DNA of 64,000 bases from a virus: IMG/VR virus record IMGVR_UViG_3300034166_000560, one strand, 5' to 3'. Shown here piece after piece: positions 36,027 to 45,566 of this stretch. Under the pieces are notes generated by a model. The model did not search any database. It saw only the letters and a list, made by a program, of their open reading frames with translations, and was not told the DNA's origin. Both the position numbers and the translations under genes were made by a program. Each line of letters starts with the position of its first letter. Positions within the stretch are counted from its first letter, which is position 1.

Positions 36027-36115
36027 ATAAACTTACGGGTCTGTGATAGTTACGAGCTAACCAGCACCCTGCCAGAGACTAAGCCATACGTCTATGACCG
36101 TCCTACTGGAACATA

Positions 36116-36191
36116 TGGTAGGGGATGACAGGATTGAACTGCCGACCTTCGCCGTGTAAAAGCGTTGCTCTCCCAGCTGAGCTAATCCCCC
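36116..36191 (-). tRNA. tRNA-Val(UAC)
   Basis: Loop TTTACAC, CCA. Confidence 0.93.
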
Positions 36192-36320
36192 AAAATTCCC
36201 TGGACCGAAGACTCGTCCGCCTTCCTGCTACTAGTGCACTTTCGCAGTATGGCTCAAATTGTGTCCTGTCTGCACTCGGTCCTACATGCGCTCTATTTTT
36301 CTACGCCGAAGCGGGCGAAT

Positions 36321-36397
<77 letters not shown>

Positions 36398-36404
36398 ATT
36401 ATAC

Positions 36405-36480
36405 TGGATGCGATGCGTTGGAATTGCACCAACTTCTACTGGTTTATGAGACCAGCGAGATACTATACCTCCCGCCCGCA
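36405..36480 (-). tRNA. Atypical tRNA with CAU anticodon
   Basis: CTGGT-CTCATAA-ACCAG; bulged acceptor; T loop TGCAATT. Confidence 0.7.
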
Positions 36481-36562
36481 AAACTCGCTGTCCCTCACGC
36501 CTTGGGACGAATGTTGTCTAGTATTACGACACTCCATAAAGGCTGTGTATCTAGATCAAACC

Positions 36563-36637
36563 TGGTGCTGATAGTTGGAATCAAACCAACCTTTAAAGCC
36601 TTATGAGGACTCCTCGACATCTTGCCGACCTACCAGC
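36563..36637 (-). tRNA. Atypical tRNA with CAU anticodon
   Basis: GAGTC-CTCATAA-GGCTT; D loop lacks GG; T loop TTTGATT; CCA. Confidence 0.7.
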
Positions 36638-36779
36638 GAAATAGCTTCCCTGTTATTATAGAGGTATCGGGACCCTCTACTGGTAAACACCTCGACAGAC
36701 CTAGGAACCATCGATTAGCAGTCCAGCGAAAAATAGAGTCAGGGCACAAATTGTGTCATACATCCCCGACTCATTAAAT

Positions 36780-36853
36780 TGGCACCAGTGGAAGGAGTCG
36801 AACCCTCGCCTAGAGTTTTGGAGACTCCCGTGCTACCGTAACACTTCACTGAT
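36780..36853 (-). tRNA. tRNA-Trp(CCA)
   Basis: Loop CTCCAAA, CCA. Confidence 0.93.
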
Positions 36854-36855
36854 AC

Positions 36856-36939
36856 TGGCGGAGGATGAAGGAATCGAACCATCAACCTTTCGGTGGCGGA
36901 GTTTTCAAGACTCTGTGTGCCCCAGGCACGCCATCCTCC
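36856..36939 (-). tRNA. tRNA-Ser(UGA)
   Basis: Loop CTTGAAA, V arm, G73. Confidence 0.88.
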
Positions 36940-36942
36940 AAT

Positions 36943-37018
36943 TGGTGGAAGTGACAGGCATCGAACCTGCAACCTGCTGCGTGCAAGGCAGCTGCTCTCC
37001 CAGTTGAGCTACACCCCC
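36943..37018 (-). tRNA. tRNA-Ala(UGC)
   Basis: Loop CTTGCAC, G3:U70. Confidence 0.93.
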
Positions 37019-37019
37019 A

Positions 37020-37184
37020 TTGATAATACGCCAACGGACCAACAATGACCAATAGGTAGCCTTATCACCGTTTGCTATTACACCCTCATCGGGTGCTAAC
37101 CATCGCAGGTTAGTCTGGATCAATTCTTACCGTATCATTTGTCAACGTTTCGAACCGTAGTCTGATCCGTTGGCGTATTATCAA
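37020..37184 (-). ncRNA. Unknown structured RNA with 22-bp closing stem
   Basis: TTGATAATACGCCAACGGATCA ... TGGTCCGTTGGCGTATTATCAA, just downstream of a promoter. Confidence 0.6.
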
Positions 37185-37199
37185 GTATTCTATTTAGTC

Positions 37200-37228
37200 A
37201 TAATACTATAAATTTTCTAACAAGTCAA
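37200..37228 (-). promoter_or_regulatory. Sigma70-type promoter
   Basis: TTGACT-17nt-TATTAT. Confidence 0.65.
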
Positions 37229-37237
37229 TAACTTTTT

Positions 37238-37327
37238 TGGCGGAGAGTGAGAGATTCGAACTCTCGGAAGACTTTCGCCCTCGCTTCGTTAGCAGTGAAG
37301 TGCCTTCGACCACTCGGCCAACTCTCC
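37238..37327 (-). tRNA. tRNA-Ser(GCU)
   Basis: Loop CTGCTAA, long V arm, G73. Confidence 0.93.
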
Positions 37328-37330
37328 AAT

Positions 37331-37422
37331 TGGTAGGGGATCCCGGATTCGAACCGAGTCGAGAACGCTAATCGGGCGCTGAAAGGTTTATAAAACCTCC
37401 CTGTGTACCAACACCATCCCCC
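37331..37422 (-). tRNA. Atypical tRNA with UAU anticodon and long V arm
   Basis: GAGGT-TTTATAA-ACCTT; mini D arm; ~24-nt variable region; TTCGAAT; CCA. Confidence 0.75.
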
Positions 37423-37427
37423 ATATA

Positions 37428-37503
37428 TGGCGGGAGCGACGAGTTTCGATCTCGCTACCTCAGCAGTGACAGTGCTGCGCTCTCCCAATTGAGCTACGCC
37501 CCC
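37428..37503 (-). tRNA. tRNA-Asp(GUC)
   Basis: Loop CTGTCAC; T loop ATCGAAA. Confidence 0.92.
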
Positions 37504-37504
37504 A

Positions 37505-37897
37505 TTAAATCAATTTAGAATACTTGTGTCTTTCTTTGTTACCATTGCCTTTATTTAAGGCTTTCCAAGTTGGAGTTAAAGAATGACAATTAGGACAAAG
37601 AACTTTTAAATTCTCTTCTTTACAGTTAGCACAATCTCCATCTATATGATCTATTTCTAGAGGAGAATTACCAGTCACTGGATTTATTTTATTCCATCCA
37701 CATTCAGAACAACTATAATTAGATTTCTCTAACATATATCTTCTGATATGAGACTTAACTCTTAATCCAGCTTTATATCCTTTGTCATTACCATCAAACC
37801 ATTCTTGTAATAGTTTCTTGGTTCTTAACTCTCCCTGGCATTTATTATTACAATACTTACCAGCTTTTATTTCTTTACCGCAATTTAAGCAATGCAT
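37505..37897 (-). CDS. HNH homing endonuclease in the tRNA cluster
   Basis: CSECG...LEIDHIDG...N...NL.VLCPNCH; late promoter TATAAATA at 37929-37936. Confidence 0.9.
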   Translation of the reverse strand: MHCLNCGKEIKAGKYCNNKCQGELRTKKLLQEWFDGNDKGYKAGLRVKSHIRRYMLEKSNYSCSECGWNKINPVTGNSPLEIDHIDGDCANCKEENLKVLCPNCHSLTPTWKALNKGNGNKERHKYSKLI

Positions 37898-37952
37898 CTA
37901 ATACCTCATAAACTGACGCCTTTTGCTTTATTTATAAAACCACGGTGTTTAA

Positions 37953-38029
37953 TGGAGGATCCTCTGGGATTCGAACCCAGGACATACCGATTAAAAGTCG
38001 GATGTTCTAACCTACTGAACTAAGGATCC
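37953..38029 (-). tRNA. tRNA-Lys(UUU)
   Basis: Loop CTTTTAA, CCA. Confidence 0.95.
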
Positions 38030-38032
38030 AAA

Positions 38033-38108
38033 TGGTAGACCTGGAGGGATTCGAACCCCCGTCAAGAGATTAAGAGTCTCCTGCTAAAACCAACTCAGCT
38101 ACAGGTCC
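38033..38108 (-). tRNA. tRNA-Lys(CUU)
   Basis: Loop CTCTTAA, CCA. Confidence 0.93.
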
Positions 38109-38233
38109 ATAAATTCCTTGTACCGTTTCCATCTTACCCTTCCATGGCGAGAAAAGACAGCGCCCTTGCGGGTTATTTTAATTCGGACACTCCTCCATCG
38201 AGGATTCGCACGGTACCACACGGACCGAATATA

Positions 38234-38308
38234 TGGTGACTCCTGGGGGAATCGAACCCCCCTACCAAGATTGAAAGTCTTGTGTCCTAACCGATAGACG
38301 AAGGAGCC
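38234..38308 (-). tRNA. tRNA-Glu(UUC)
   Basis: Loop CTTTCAA, CCA. Confidence 0.93.
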
Positions 38309-38381
38309 ATAAACTCTCGGGTTGCTACCACCCAACCCTTCCCGAGACCATTAAAATGGTAGTTGTAGCCTCGGAGTATTC

Positions 38382-38456
38382 TGGTTGTTCCACCAAGAAT
38401 CGAACTTGGATCTAACGATTATCAGTCGTTTGCACTAACCGTTGTGCTATGGAACA
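38382..38456 (-). tRNA. tRNA-Ile(GAU)
   Basis: Loop CTGATAA, CCA. Confidence 0.93.
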
Positions 38457-38461
38457 ATAAT

Positions 38462-38598
38462 AACACTTAGAAAGATACAGGTTTACTATATCTCGGACGG
38501 AGATGGTTGCAACCAGAGCCCACGGATAAAGATACAAGGTTTGAGCATCAGTATTTACTGGCGCCTTGCTCGCACGAGCCTGTACCTATCTAAGCATT
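38462..38598 (-). ncRNA. Unknown structured RNA with ~19-bp closing stem
   Basis: AATGCTTAGA-T-AGGTACAGG ... CCTGTATCT-T-TCTAAGTGTT, just downstream of a promoter. Confidence 0.55.
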
Positions 38599-38606
38599 AT
38601 ATATTC

Positions 38607-38635
38607 ATTATAACCTAAACTTCCGAAGAAGTCAA
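38607..38635 (-). promoter_or_regulatory. Sigma70-type promoter of the tRNA operon
   Basis: TTGACT-17nt-TATAAT. Confidence 0.75.
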
Positions 38636-38643
38636 CAACTTTT

Positions 38644-38723
38644 TGGAGGGAGTGATGGGACTCGAACCCACATATTTTAGGTTTTGCAGACCTTGCCGTA
38701 ACCAATTCCGGACACACACTCCC
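38644..38723 (-). tRNA. tRNA-Cys(GCA)
   Basis: Loop CTGCAAA, U73; extra nucleotides before the D arm. Confidence 0.85.
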
Positions 38724-38725
38724 AT

Positions 38726-38750
38726 AAAAAAGGCGGCCACTAGGACCGCC
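38726..38750 (-). terminator. Rho-independent terminator
   Basis: GGCGGTC-CTAGT-GGCCGCC-TTTTTT. Confidence 0.75.
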
Positions 38751-38760
38751 CCTCTATTAA

Positions 38761-39024
38761 TCAGAGACCAGCGGCCAACGCTCGATAACCAGCAGCGATA
38801 ATCTTGCGGCTTGGTTTACCACAGCGATACTTAGCGACAGTTTCGCCCTTTGAATTCTTCGATTCGTTTAGATAGATAGCATAACCCATCTGACGAATCT
38901 TATAGACAAGATCGTGCGGATTGCCTGCACCATAACGAGCCTTAATCTGCGCTGCAGTAAGTTCCTCGCCACGATTAACAAGAGCCTCGAAAACCTTATC
39001 TAGCTGAGTTGCATTCTGAACCAT
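38761..39024 (-). CDS. Winged-HTH-like conserved phage protein
   Basis: GEELTAAQI...P...V..IR..GYAIYLN...YR.GKPSR. Confidence 0.6.
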   Translation of the reverse strand: MVQNATQLDKVFEALVNRGEELTAAQIKARYGAGNPHDLVYKIRQMGYAIYLNESKNSKGETVAKYRCGKPSRKIIAAGYRALAAGL

Positions 39025-39047
39025 TATATACCTCTTTCTTTCTCAAG

Positions 39048-39883
39048 TCAAATTATGTTAACTAACATACCCTTCTCATCGATAGCACGGACACGACTGT
39101 CCGGAAACTGATCTTTGAGGCTTTTCATTGCCGAAATAATCAGCAAATCATTATTAGATGTAACAGTATAGGTTCTCCAGTTACCAGTATCATCTTGTCT
39201 CTGGATGTAGATATTTCCCATACCACTCATCGTTTTCTCCTCTTAGGATAGATTAATCTTACTATATTCTTCCACAAAAGTCAACACTGATTTTAGATCA
39301 GAGAAGATAAACTTTTTATTCTGCCACCGATCGTCGTGATCGTTGCCAGAGACCTCCACCATCCAACCGTTCTCATAACGATTGAGTGTGATACCCTCTG
39401 AAACATTCATGAATACTTCTGAAAGTTTAATATTCGTAGCCATCTATTTAGTCATCCTCTTCGAGATTTTGATCCAACAGTAGTAAGATCTACGTCTGGA
39501 CCAGCATACTGCAGACCGCCCTTGTTATAGAGCGGCATAACTAGACTAGCCTTCTTCAGAATTTCCTTCTGAACATGCTCTGGTTCTTTATGAAGGTTGG
39601 TCATGATGTCCCGTTTAGCACAGGCAGACTTAGAACCTGACAAACCTGAGGAAACGTAACCCTCACGATCAACCTTCATATCCTCAGTATACTTCTTTTT
39701 CCAGTTTTTGTCAACACCTTTTTTCAACTTTATCTGATCGGGATGAAGACCCTTCGATAACAACCACCTATCGTGGTCAGAGACTAGCTTAGTCTTAGCC
39801 TTACTCTTACGGTTGAGCTTACGTTTACTAACAGTCGTGGTATAATAAGCAGGTAAGATATGCATAGACATAGAAATCTCCAA
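39048..39883 (-). CDS. Three hypothetical ORFs (39048-39230, 39243-39443, 39452-39883)
   Basis: ORF track; the last has the conserved P.YNKGGLQY motif. Confidence 0.55.
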
Positions 39884-39915
39884 TCGAATTTCTATTCTAC
39901 TACAAAATTAGAAAA

Positions 39916-40644
39916 TTACAATCTTTCAAACAAGAAAAAAGATTGTCCTAATTGGTATCGAAAAACGTTTATTTGTTTGAATTTCCAAAGCCCATCGCAA
40001 CTTTTTTCAATATCCGAAATCTTTGTATAATATGGTGGTCTGTTATAATATGTTGTTCTTGAGAAATAGTTCTCTTCTGAAAACTCAAAAGGTTTAGATG
40101 TATCAAAAGAATCTTCAACGATCCAAAAAGATATAATGATTTTAGATTTTTCGTTAAAGCTATTATAAGAATCTTTCAAAAACATTTTTAATTTTTCTAT
40201 AGGCAAAAAAGTGAAAACCGAATTTGCCAGAGCCATGTCAAATTTTATATCGAAATTGTTGATATGAAAATTATCAGTAGCTAAAAAATTGTTTTCTGTT
40301 ATTTTATCTATTAAACCTTTTTTATATAACTCGTTGTTCACACCTATTATTAGAGATTTTTTATTTACGTCTATTCCATAATATTTAAACGGATCTAAAA
40401 AATTTATTATGTGAGATCCTGCCCTCATATACCCGCAGCCAATCTCCAAAAAATTCATATCTTTTTTCAGGCCATTATCTATCAACATATTTAATTGTTT
40501 TTCGCCATCTAAATCCCAATGGTTCCCCATTTCATTTCTATATTGATCGCCGAATAATTCTTTTTCATATATCTGTTCGTCAAAAACATAATATTTGTTA
40601 TATGTTTTCGATTTGTCATCGAACGATTCTTTTATTTTTATCAC
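39916..40644 (-). CDS. Class I SAM-dependent methyltransferase
   Basis: LEIGCG..R.G, YYGID, FD..LANSVFT; very AT-rich. Confidence 0.8.
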   Translation of the reverse strand: MIKIKESFDDKSKTYNKYYVFDEQIYEKELFGDQYRNEMGNHWDLDGEKQLNMLIDNGLKKDMNFLEIGCGYMRAGSHIINFLDPFKYYGIDVNKKSLIIGVNNELYKKGLIDKITENNFLATDNFHINNFDIKFDMALANSVFTFLPIEKLKMFLKDSYNSFNEKSKIIISFWIVEDSFDTSKPFEFSEENYFSRTTYYNRPPYYTKISDIEKSCDGLWKFKQINVFRYQLGQSFFLFERL

Positions 40645-41178
40645 GTCAATATTTCTATGATCTGTTTTAATTTTTCAACAGCTGGTTTATATTCTTCGTC
40701 GAGAATTTTTCTCGCATGACGATGATTTTCGTATTCTAATTCTTTAAGATATTTAAATCTAGAATCGACAACAGCCTCTATCACTAACGGAAGTAGATCC
40801 GACATTTTCACAAATGTTTCGCCGTTGCTGAATACTTTGTCACTCATCAACCTCTTCCTTCAAGTTCTCTACGACAATATATTCTGCTTCTTTACTTATC
40901 TGCATATGCTCGTCGAGAATATCCCTGACTTTAATAAGACGATCTTCAATATCAGTAATGGTATTGTGAACCGCCTTATCATTATGACCTTCTTGAAGAT
41001 CGATCAAAGCAGCATTTAAATTTAAATCAGCAGAGTAATCCACTTGCCATTTATGAAACTCTCCGCCTTCATCCATATCTTCCATAAGTTTACATGGAGG
41101 AAATAGAATCTGTTTAATTTGCTCGAGCTTTTCTTCTGCCGGAGTGTTTGGTCTTTTCTCAATTTTAAACGGCCACAT
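40641..41178 (-). CDS. Two hypothetical ORFs (40641-40850, 40840-41178)
   Basis: ORF track, coupled. Confidence 0.5.
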
Positions 41179-41194
41179 AATATAATCCCTTCAA

Positions 41195-41596
41195 TTACTT
41201 TTTCTTACGACCCATGTTATACTTGGCTTCTAGAGTCCAATCATGCTTTTCTTTATGATTGATAATCTTAATCTGACTCATCGATGCTTGTGGTTCGCCT
41301 ATGCGATCTGGTTCTACTACTTTAAGTAGTCCCCAGTCCTGTAGTAACATGGCAATTTTATTACGACGACCTTTATCTTCTTCTGAGAAGTCTGATGGTT
41401 TACCGTCGATCAAAAACATTTCCTTAAAGTGCACAATGTAATATCTACCTTGCTTATGAAAAATATGACAAGATTGATATAGTTTTCTTTCCTTGCGAGA
41501 AGCGACACCAATACGAGTGAGCGTCTCTTTAATCTTCAAGAAGTCTTCTTCTTCTGCAATTTTGACTTCTACAAGAGAGTCTAAGAGTTCGTTCAT
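41195..41596 (-). CDS. regA: Translational repressor RegA
   Basis: DFLKIKETLTRIGVASR...LYQSCHI.HKQGRYYIVHFKE. Confidence 0.95.
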   Translation of the reverse strand: MNELLDSLVEVKIAEEEDFLKIKETLTRIGVASRKERKLYQSCHIFHKQGRYYIVHFKEMFLIDGKPSDFSEEDKGRRNKIAMLLQDWGLLKVVEPDRIGEPQASMSQIKIINHKEKHDWTLEAKYNMGRKKK

Positions 41597-42090
41597 TTCA
41601 TTCCACCTTTTTCTTGTTTTTTCTTTATTTCATTAATTTGCGCCTCCGTTAAAACTTTCAATGCTTCTTTTGCACGGATTGCGTTATATTTATAATGGGT
41701 GGAAATAAGGTCTATTAGTGCTTCTTTCTTCTCTCTGGCTTTCTTTTCTTCCTTGGTTTCTGCTTTTGACCAACGTTTTGTTTTACGAATACTATTATAC
41801 AAGTAGTCATAATGCATTTGATCTGTTACGCCATAATGACAATTCATTTCATTGGTGTAAAATATTAACTCCTTGTAATTAGAAAGTATGTTATTGGTTC
41901 TCCATTGACTATAATCACCGTCAAGTTCGACCTTCTTCCCACTCGTAATTGAATTTTCATAACGCCAATCATACCTCGGTTTGGGTTGCTTCTGTTCCTC
42001 TGCCCATTTGGCCCAATTACCAAAGAATCCTACTGCTTCTTTCTCGAAATCTCTTTCTTCTCCCAATACGTTGACGAACTTCTTAGACAT
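41593..42090 (-). CDS. 62: Clamp loader small subunit
   Basis: NEMN...MHYDYL.NSIRK.KRWSK; between gene 44 and regA. Confidence 0.85.
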   Translation of the reverse strand: MSKKFVNVLGEERDFEKEAVGFFGNWAKWAEEQKQPKPRYDWRYENSITSGKKVELDGDYSQWRTNNILSNYKELIFYTNEMNCHYGVTDQMHYDYLYNSIRKTKRWSKAETKEEKKAREKKEALIDLISTHYKYNAIRAKEALKVLTEAQINEIKKKQEKGGMK

Positions 42091-43028
42091 TACACAAACT
42101 CGCAGTTGATCATTATTTCAACTAAGAATGCTACGAAGTTAATTTCTGGATTGGCAGCGAAAGCGTTCTGATACTGATACTTGGCAAGATTAAGCACAAG
42201 AACAGGCGCTGTATTCTTTGAACAAATATCAGAAGAGATCTCATAGAACTGATTATAGAGAGCATTAACATCTGTATCGATGTTGTTCTTCGCCCACTTA
42301 CGGATCTCAGTATAGTTCTGTTCCTTTAGAAGCCCAACCAATTCCTTGATTGAAGTTTCTTGAAGGTTTACAAGAATACCAGAATCAATCTTACCTGTTG
42401 CTGAATAACGCTGAAGCTCGTTAAGAACACGACGCCAATCTGGGAAGTGCTTATTGATTACTTCGGCAACAACCTTCTGATCGAATTCAATGCCTTCTGA
42501 TTCTAGAATAAAAGTAACACGCTTGAAGAACTGCGTGGCAAGTTTAGCAATAGCTTTCTTGCTGATCTTAAAATCAATTACCGAGCATCTGGAATGGAGA
42601 GGGTCAATGATGCGGTTTTTAAAATTACAGGTGAGAATGAAGCCGCAATTCCTCGAGAATTCCTCCATAAAATTTCGAAGTGCGGGTTGAGTAGAATTGG
42701 CATTAAGATAATCCGCTTCGTCAAGGATGACATATTTCCTTCCACCTGAAAGAGATACGCTGCTGGCAAAGTTAAGGATTTCGTTTCTGAGTGTGTCGAT
42801 GTTTCCATTCATAGATCCATTAATTACGATATAATCACAACCCAATTGTTCAAGCATGGCACGTGCAACAGTTGTCTTACCAACACCTGCTGTACCAGAC
42901 AAAATCAAATTGGGGATATTCTTTTGATCAACAAACTGTTGGAATGTTGCTTTCAAGTCACATGGAAGAATAGTATCTTCGATAGTTTTTGGACGATACT
43001 TTTCAACCCAAAGAAATTCTTCGTTCAT
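42090..43028 (-). CDS. 44: Clamp loader large subunit
   Basis: LWVEKYRP, GTAGVGKTT, DEAD, SRC. Confidence 0.95.
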   Translation of the reverse strand: MNEEFLWVEKYRPKTIEDTILPCDLKATFQQFVDQKNIPNLILSGTAGVGKTTVARAMLEQLGCDYIVINGSMNGNIDTLRNEILNFASSVSLSGGRKYVILDEADYLNANSTQPALRNFMEEFSRNCGFILTCNFKNRIIDPLHSRCSVIDFKISKKAIAKLATQFFKRVTFILESEGIEFDQKVVAEVINKHFPDWRRVLNELQRYSATGKIDSGILVNLQETSIKELVGLLKEQNYTEIRKWAKNNIDTDVNALYNQFYEISSDICSKNTAPVLVLNLAKYQYQNAFAANPEINFVAFLVEIMINCEFV

Positions 43029-43318
43029 TACTTTACCTCTTCACAAAACATAACAATAGTATTACCAGAAACATTTCTCGGAGCGCCCATATAACCATTA
43101 TGTTCGTCCCAACAAATCACGCACTGCTTTCTAACTTGATTTTCGTATTTTCTTTTACTCTTTGATTCAAGATAGAATTCTGATTTTAATTTCAATTTCC
43201 CACAAGTGACACATCTCAACTTTACAACTTCTTTAGTTCCAAAGATAGTCGTGGTAGCTAGATCATCAGCAGTCTTTCTAGTAACAACGCCGTTCTTTGG
43301 GCGTTTTGGCATTTTCAT
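43028..43318 (-). CDS. Small zinc-finger protein
   Basis: CxxC...CxxC. Confidence 0.5.
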   Translation of the reverse strand: MKMPKRPKNGVVTRKTADDLATTTIFGTKEVVKLRCVTCGKLKLKSEFYLESKSKRKYENQVRKQCVICWDEHNGYMGAPRNVSGNTIVMFCEEVK

Positions 43319-43337
43319 AATATAACTCCATCATATC

Positions 43338-43362
43338 AAAAAGAGGGGAGCCGAAGCTCCCC
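43338..43362 (-). terminator. UUCG-tetraloop terminator after gene 45
   Basis: GGGGAGC-TTCG-GCTCCCC-TCTTTTT; same core as the gene 23 terminator. Confidence 0.85.
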
Positions 43363-43369
43363 ATTCAAA

Positions 43370-44023
43370 TTAGAATGTTGAGTGCTGCTCAACTGCAATA
43401 AAGTATTCCACGTCCTTACCAATGAACTTAGAAATACCTCGTGCTGAAATGGTGACCTCATAATCACCAGGAAGAATCTTAATGTTCTCAAACTTAAAGA
43501 CTGCGTTAAAAGTCTTTGTAGTTTCTCCAATTGGTAGAGAAAACTCATTACCTGGATTCTTTGAGTTAGCTGCCTTTAGGAAAACAGTCTTGCCGTCACC
43601 AGCAACAACGATTTCTGGCAGACTCAAAACACCAGCAGCCTTCTCGACCTTATTAAGATCTTCGTTCTTTAGAGTAAAGGTAACATCCGTTGATGGAATG
43701 TTAATATCCTTCTCTGGAGCCTTAGTGATTGTGCTCTCGTCAGCAAGAAGGAACTTGCCCTGTTCCGAAGAAGAGTCCTTCATATAAACAAAAGTCTCAT
43801 CGATTTCTAGATCTGGGTCATTGTATAGACTCAGGCTAGAAAGGAACTGGTTAAGATCATAGATGGCAAACTTCTTAGTAAACTCTGTCGGAACAGTAGC
43901 CTTTGCCATAATGGTCTTATTTGGGGAAATGGTCTTAAGAACATTACCCTGCTGAACAACAATCGAAGGATTAATCTTTGAGAAGTTCTTCAAAACATTT
44001 ACTGTATTAGTATCAATCTTCAT
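43370..44023 (-). CDS. 45: Sliding clamp
   Basis: LKNFSKINPS, FAIYDLNQFL, K.LPGDY.V, YFIAVE. Confidence 0.93.
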   Translation of the reverse strand: MKIDTNTVNVLKNFSKINPSIVVQQGNVLKTISPNKTIMAKATVPTEFTKKFAIYDLNQFLSSLSLYNDPDLEIDETFVYMKDSSSEQGKFLLADESTITKAPEKDINIPSTDVTFTLKNEDLNKVEKAAGVLSLPEIVVAGDGKTVFLKAANSKNPGNEFSLPIGETTKTFNAVFKFENIKILPGDYEVTISARGISKFIGKDVEYFIAVEQHSTF

Positions 44024-44037
44024 TATATAATCTCCAC

Positions 44038-44904
44038 TTACTTCTTTTTGCCTTTGTCTTTATACTTACCAAGTGCACCTGGATCGGCGGTCGCAGAAGC
44101 ACCAACTGAAGCAAGATCAGCCAACGAACCACCAAAGATATAGGTGCCTACGTGCTGCATCTTCATCCATGGACAGAACCATGTACGCAGTCCAATTTCC
44201 TGAGCCTTCTGACAGAACCAATAATCTTCTGAAAGATAACGCTTAGACTTAGGATCGATCTCTGCCTGAAAGAACATCATGATTTCACGAGTGCCATCAA
44301 AGTGTTCAGTACGGACATGATCTGGTTTATAATTATATTCTGGATAAGAATCGACAAACTTCTGCATTGCCTTCTTAGAAACCATCATGAAGCCAGTTCC
44401 AATTTCAAGAACTTCTACTGGTTCGCTAAGAGGAATAGACTGCTGCCCACCCTTTGGATTGAAGACATAATCGCCAACGAACTTTTCAAGGACGTTTGGA
44501 TCTTCGTCAGCAACACCCTTATCAACAGCGTGCTTAACCTTTTCCCAAGAAATACACTTCTTTGGATATGGTCCGCCAATGATGTCATACTTATCTTCTT
44601 CCTGAACCTGAAGAGCCATAAGCGCAATGACGTCCTGTGGATTGAATCCGATGTCAGCATCAATAAACATCATGTGCTGCATATTGGAACGCATAAACTC
44701 GTCACAACAATAGTTACGTGCACGAGGAATTAGTGATTCATTAAACAAATAATAAAACTGTAGAGGAATACCATACTGTGTGCACAAAGCAGACAAGTCA
44801 GCTGACGACTTTGCGAACATACCTGCACACTGTCCACCATACATTGGCGTGGCGACGAATAGACCACGCTCTCTCAATTTTTCAATAGGGATCTGAATTT
44901 CCAT
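44038..44904 (-). CDS. GT-A-fold glycosyltransferase-like protein
   Basis: VATPMYGG, NESLIPRARN, FIDADI, GTGFM, LSEDY.FC. Confidence 0.75.
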   Translation of the reverse strand: MEIQIPIEKLRERGLFVATPMYGGQCAGMFAKSSADLSALCTQYGIPLQFYYLFNESLIPRARNYCCDEFMRSNMQHMMFIDADIGFNPQDVIALMALQVQEEDKYDIIGGPYPKKCISWEKVKHAVDKGVADEDPNVLEKFVGDYVFNPKGGQQSIPLSEPVEVLEIGTGFMMVSKKAMQKFVDSYPEYNYKPDHVRTEHFDGTREIMMFFQAEIDPKSKRYLSEDYWFCQKAQEIGLRTWFCPWMKMQHVGTYIFGGSLADLASVGASATADPGALGKYKDKGKKK

Positions 44905-44916
44905 TATATACCTTTC

Positions 44917-45126
44917 TTATGCTACTATAAAACTTTTAAACTTACAAGTATTACAATGAACTGCTTTTTGTGGAGGAAGCGAAGTTGTTACTACTGAGGG
45001 ATTTGTATCTTGTAATTCATCTCCACAATGAGGACAAGCAATGCCTGTTCCTAGATTAATAAAATGAGACATATATTCTCTATGTCTACGCTCGTTATGA
45101 TCATGAAAATCTTTCAATTCTTTCAT
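44917..45126 (-). CDS. Small zinc-ribbon protein
   Basis: CPHC...CNTC. Confidence 0.5.
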   Translation of the reverse strand: MKELKDFHDHNERRHREYMSHFINLGTGIACPHCGDELQDTNPSVVTTSLPPQKAVHCNTCKFKSFIVA

Positions 45127-45566
45127 TTCTTATCCTTATAATGATCGTTGTATAACATCATAAGAGTGTAATGAAGAACCTTCATAAGATCTGCTTTGTT
45201 GCTACCGTTCTTCTTACCGTAGCGCCAGAGATACTTAATAGCTGTGTTTCGGAAGGTAGGCATAGAATCACCGAGGGCGAGCCACACGTCGAAACATTCT
45301 ATATTTTGCTCTTCAGTCATATAATGTTGCCCATATGTCTTGTCGATATAGGCGTGGAAGTCACGAATAATTTCGTCTTCCTTATATTTATATTTAGGCG
45401 GCCAAGTTGAAGCAATTGGCGGATCCATGCTCATTCCAACATAAGGATCTTCTTGTCGCTTTGAACCAACAGCACCAGTAGGACCAGTTGCACCAATTGC
45501 CTGCGCTGACGCAGAAAGCGGTTGACCATAATAATCGCCATTCTCAAATCTATAAGTTTTGGTCAT
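45123..45566 (-). CDS. DUF3310-like protein
   Basis: TY.QHY...AIKYLWRYGKK.G....DL.K..HY. Confidence 0.75.
   Translation of the reverse strand: MTKTYRFENGDYYGQPLSASAQAIGATGPTGAVGSKRQEDPYVGMSMDPPIASTWPPKYKYKEDEIIRDFHAYIDKTYGQHYMTEEQNIECFDVWLALGDSMPTFRNTAIKYLWRYGKKNGSNKADLMKVLHYTLMMLYNDHYKDKK

Noticed and set aside
36192-36320. RNase P, SRP or tmRNA identity for the structured spacers
   Set aside because: Only short chance-level motif similarities; conserved cores not recognisable by eye.
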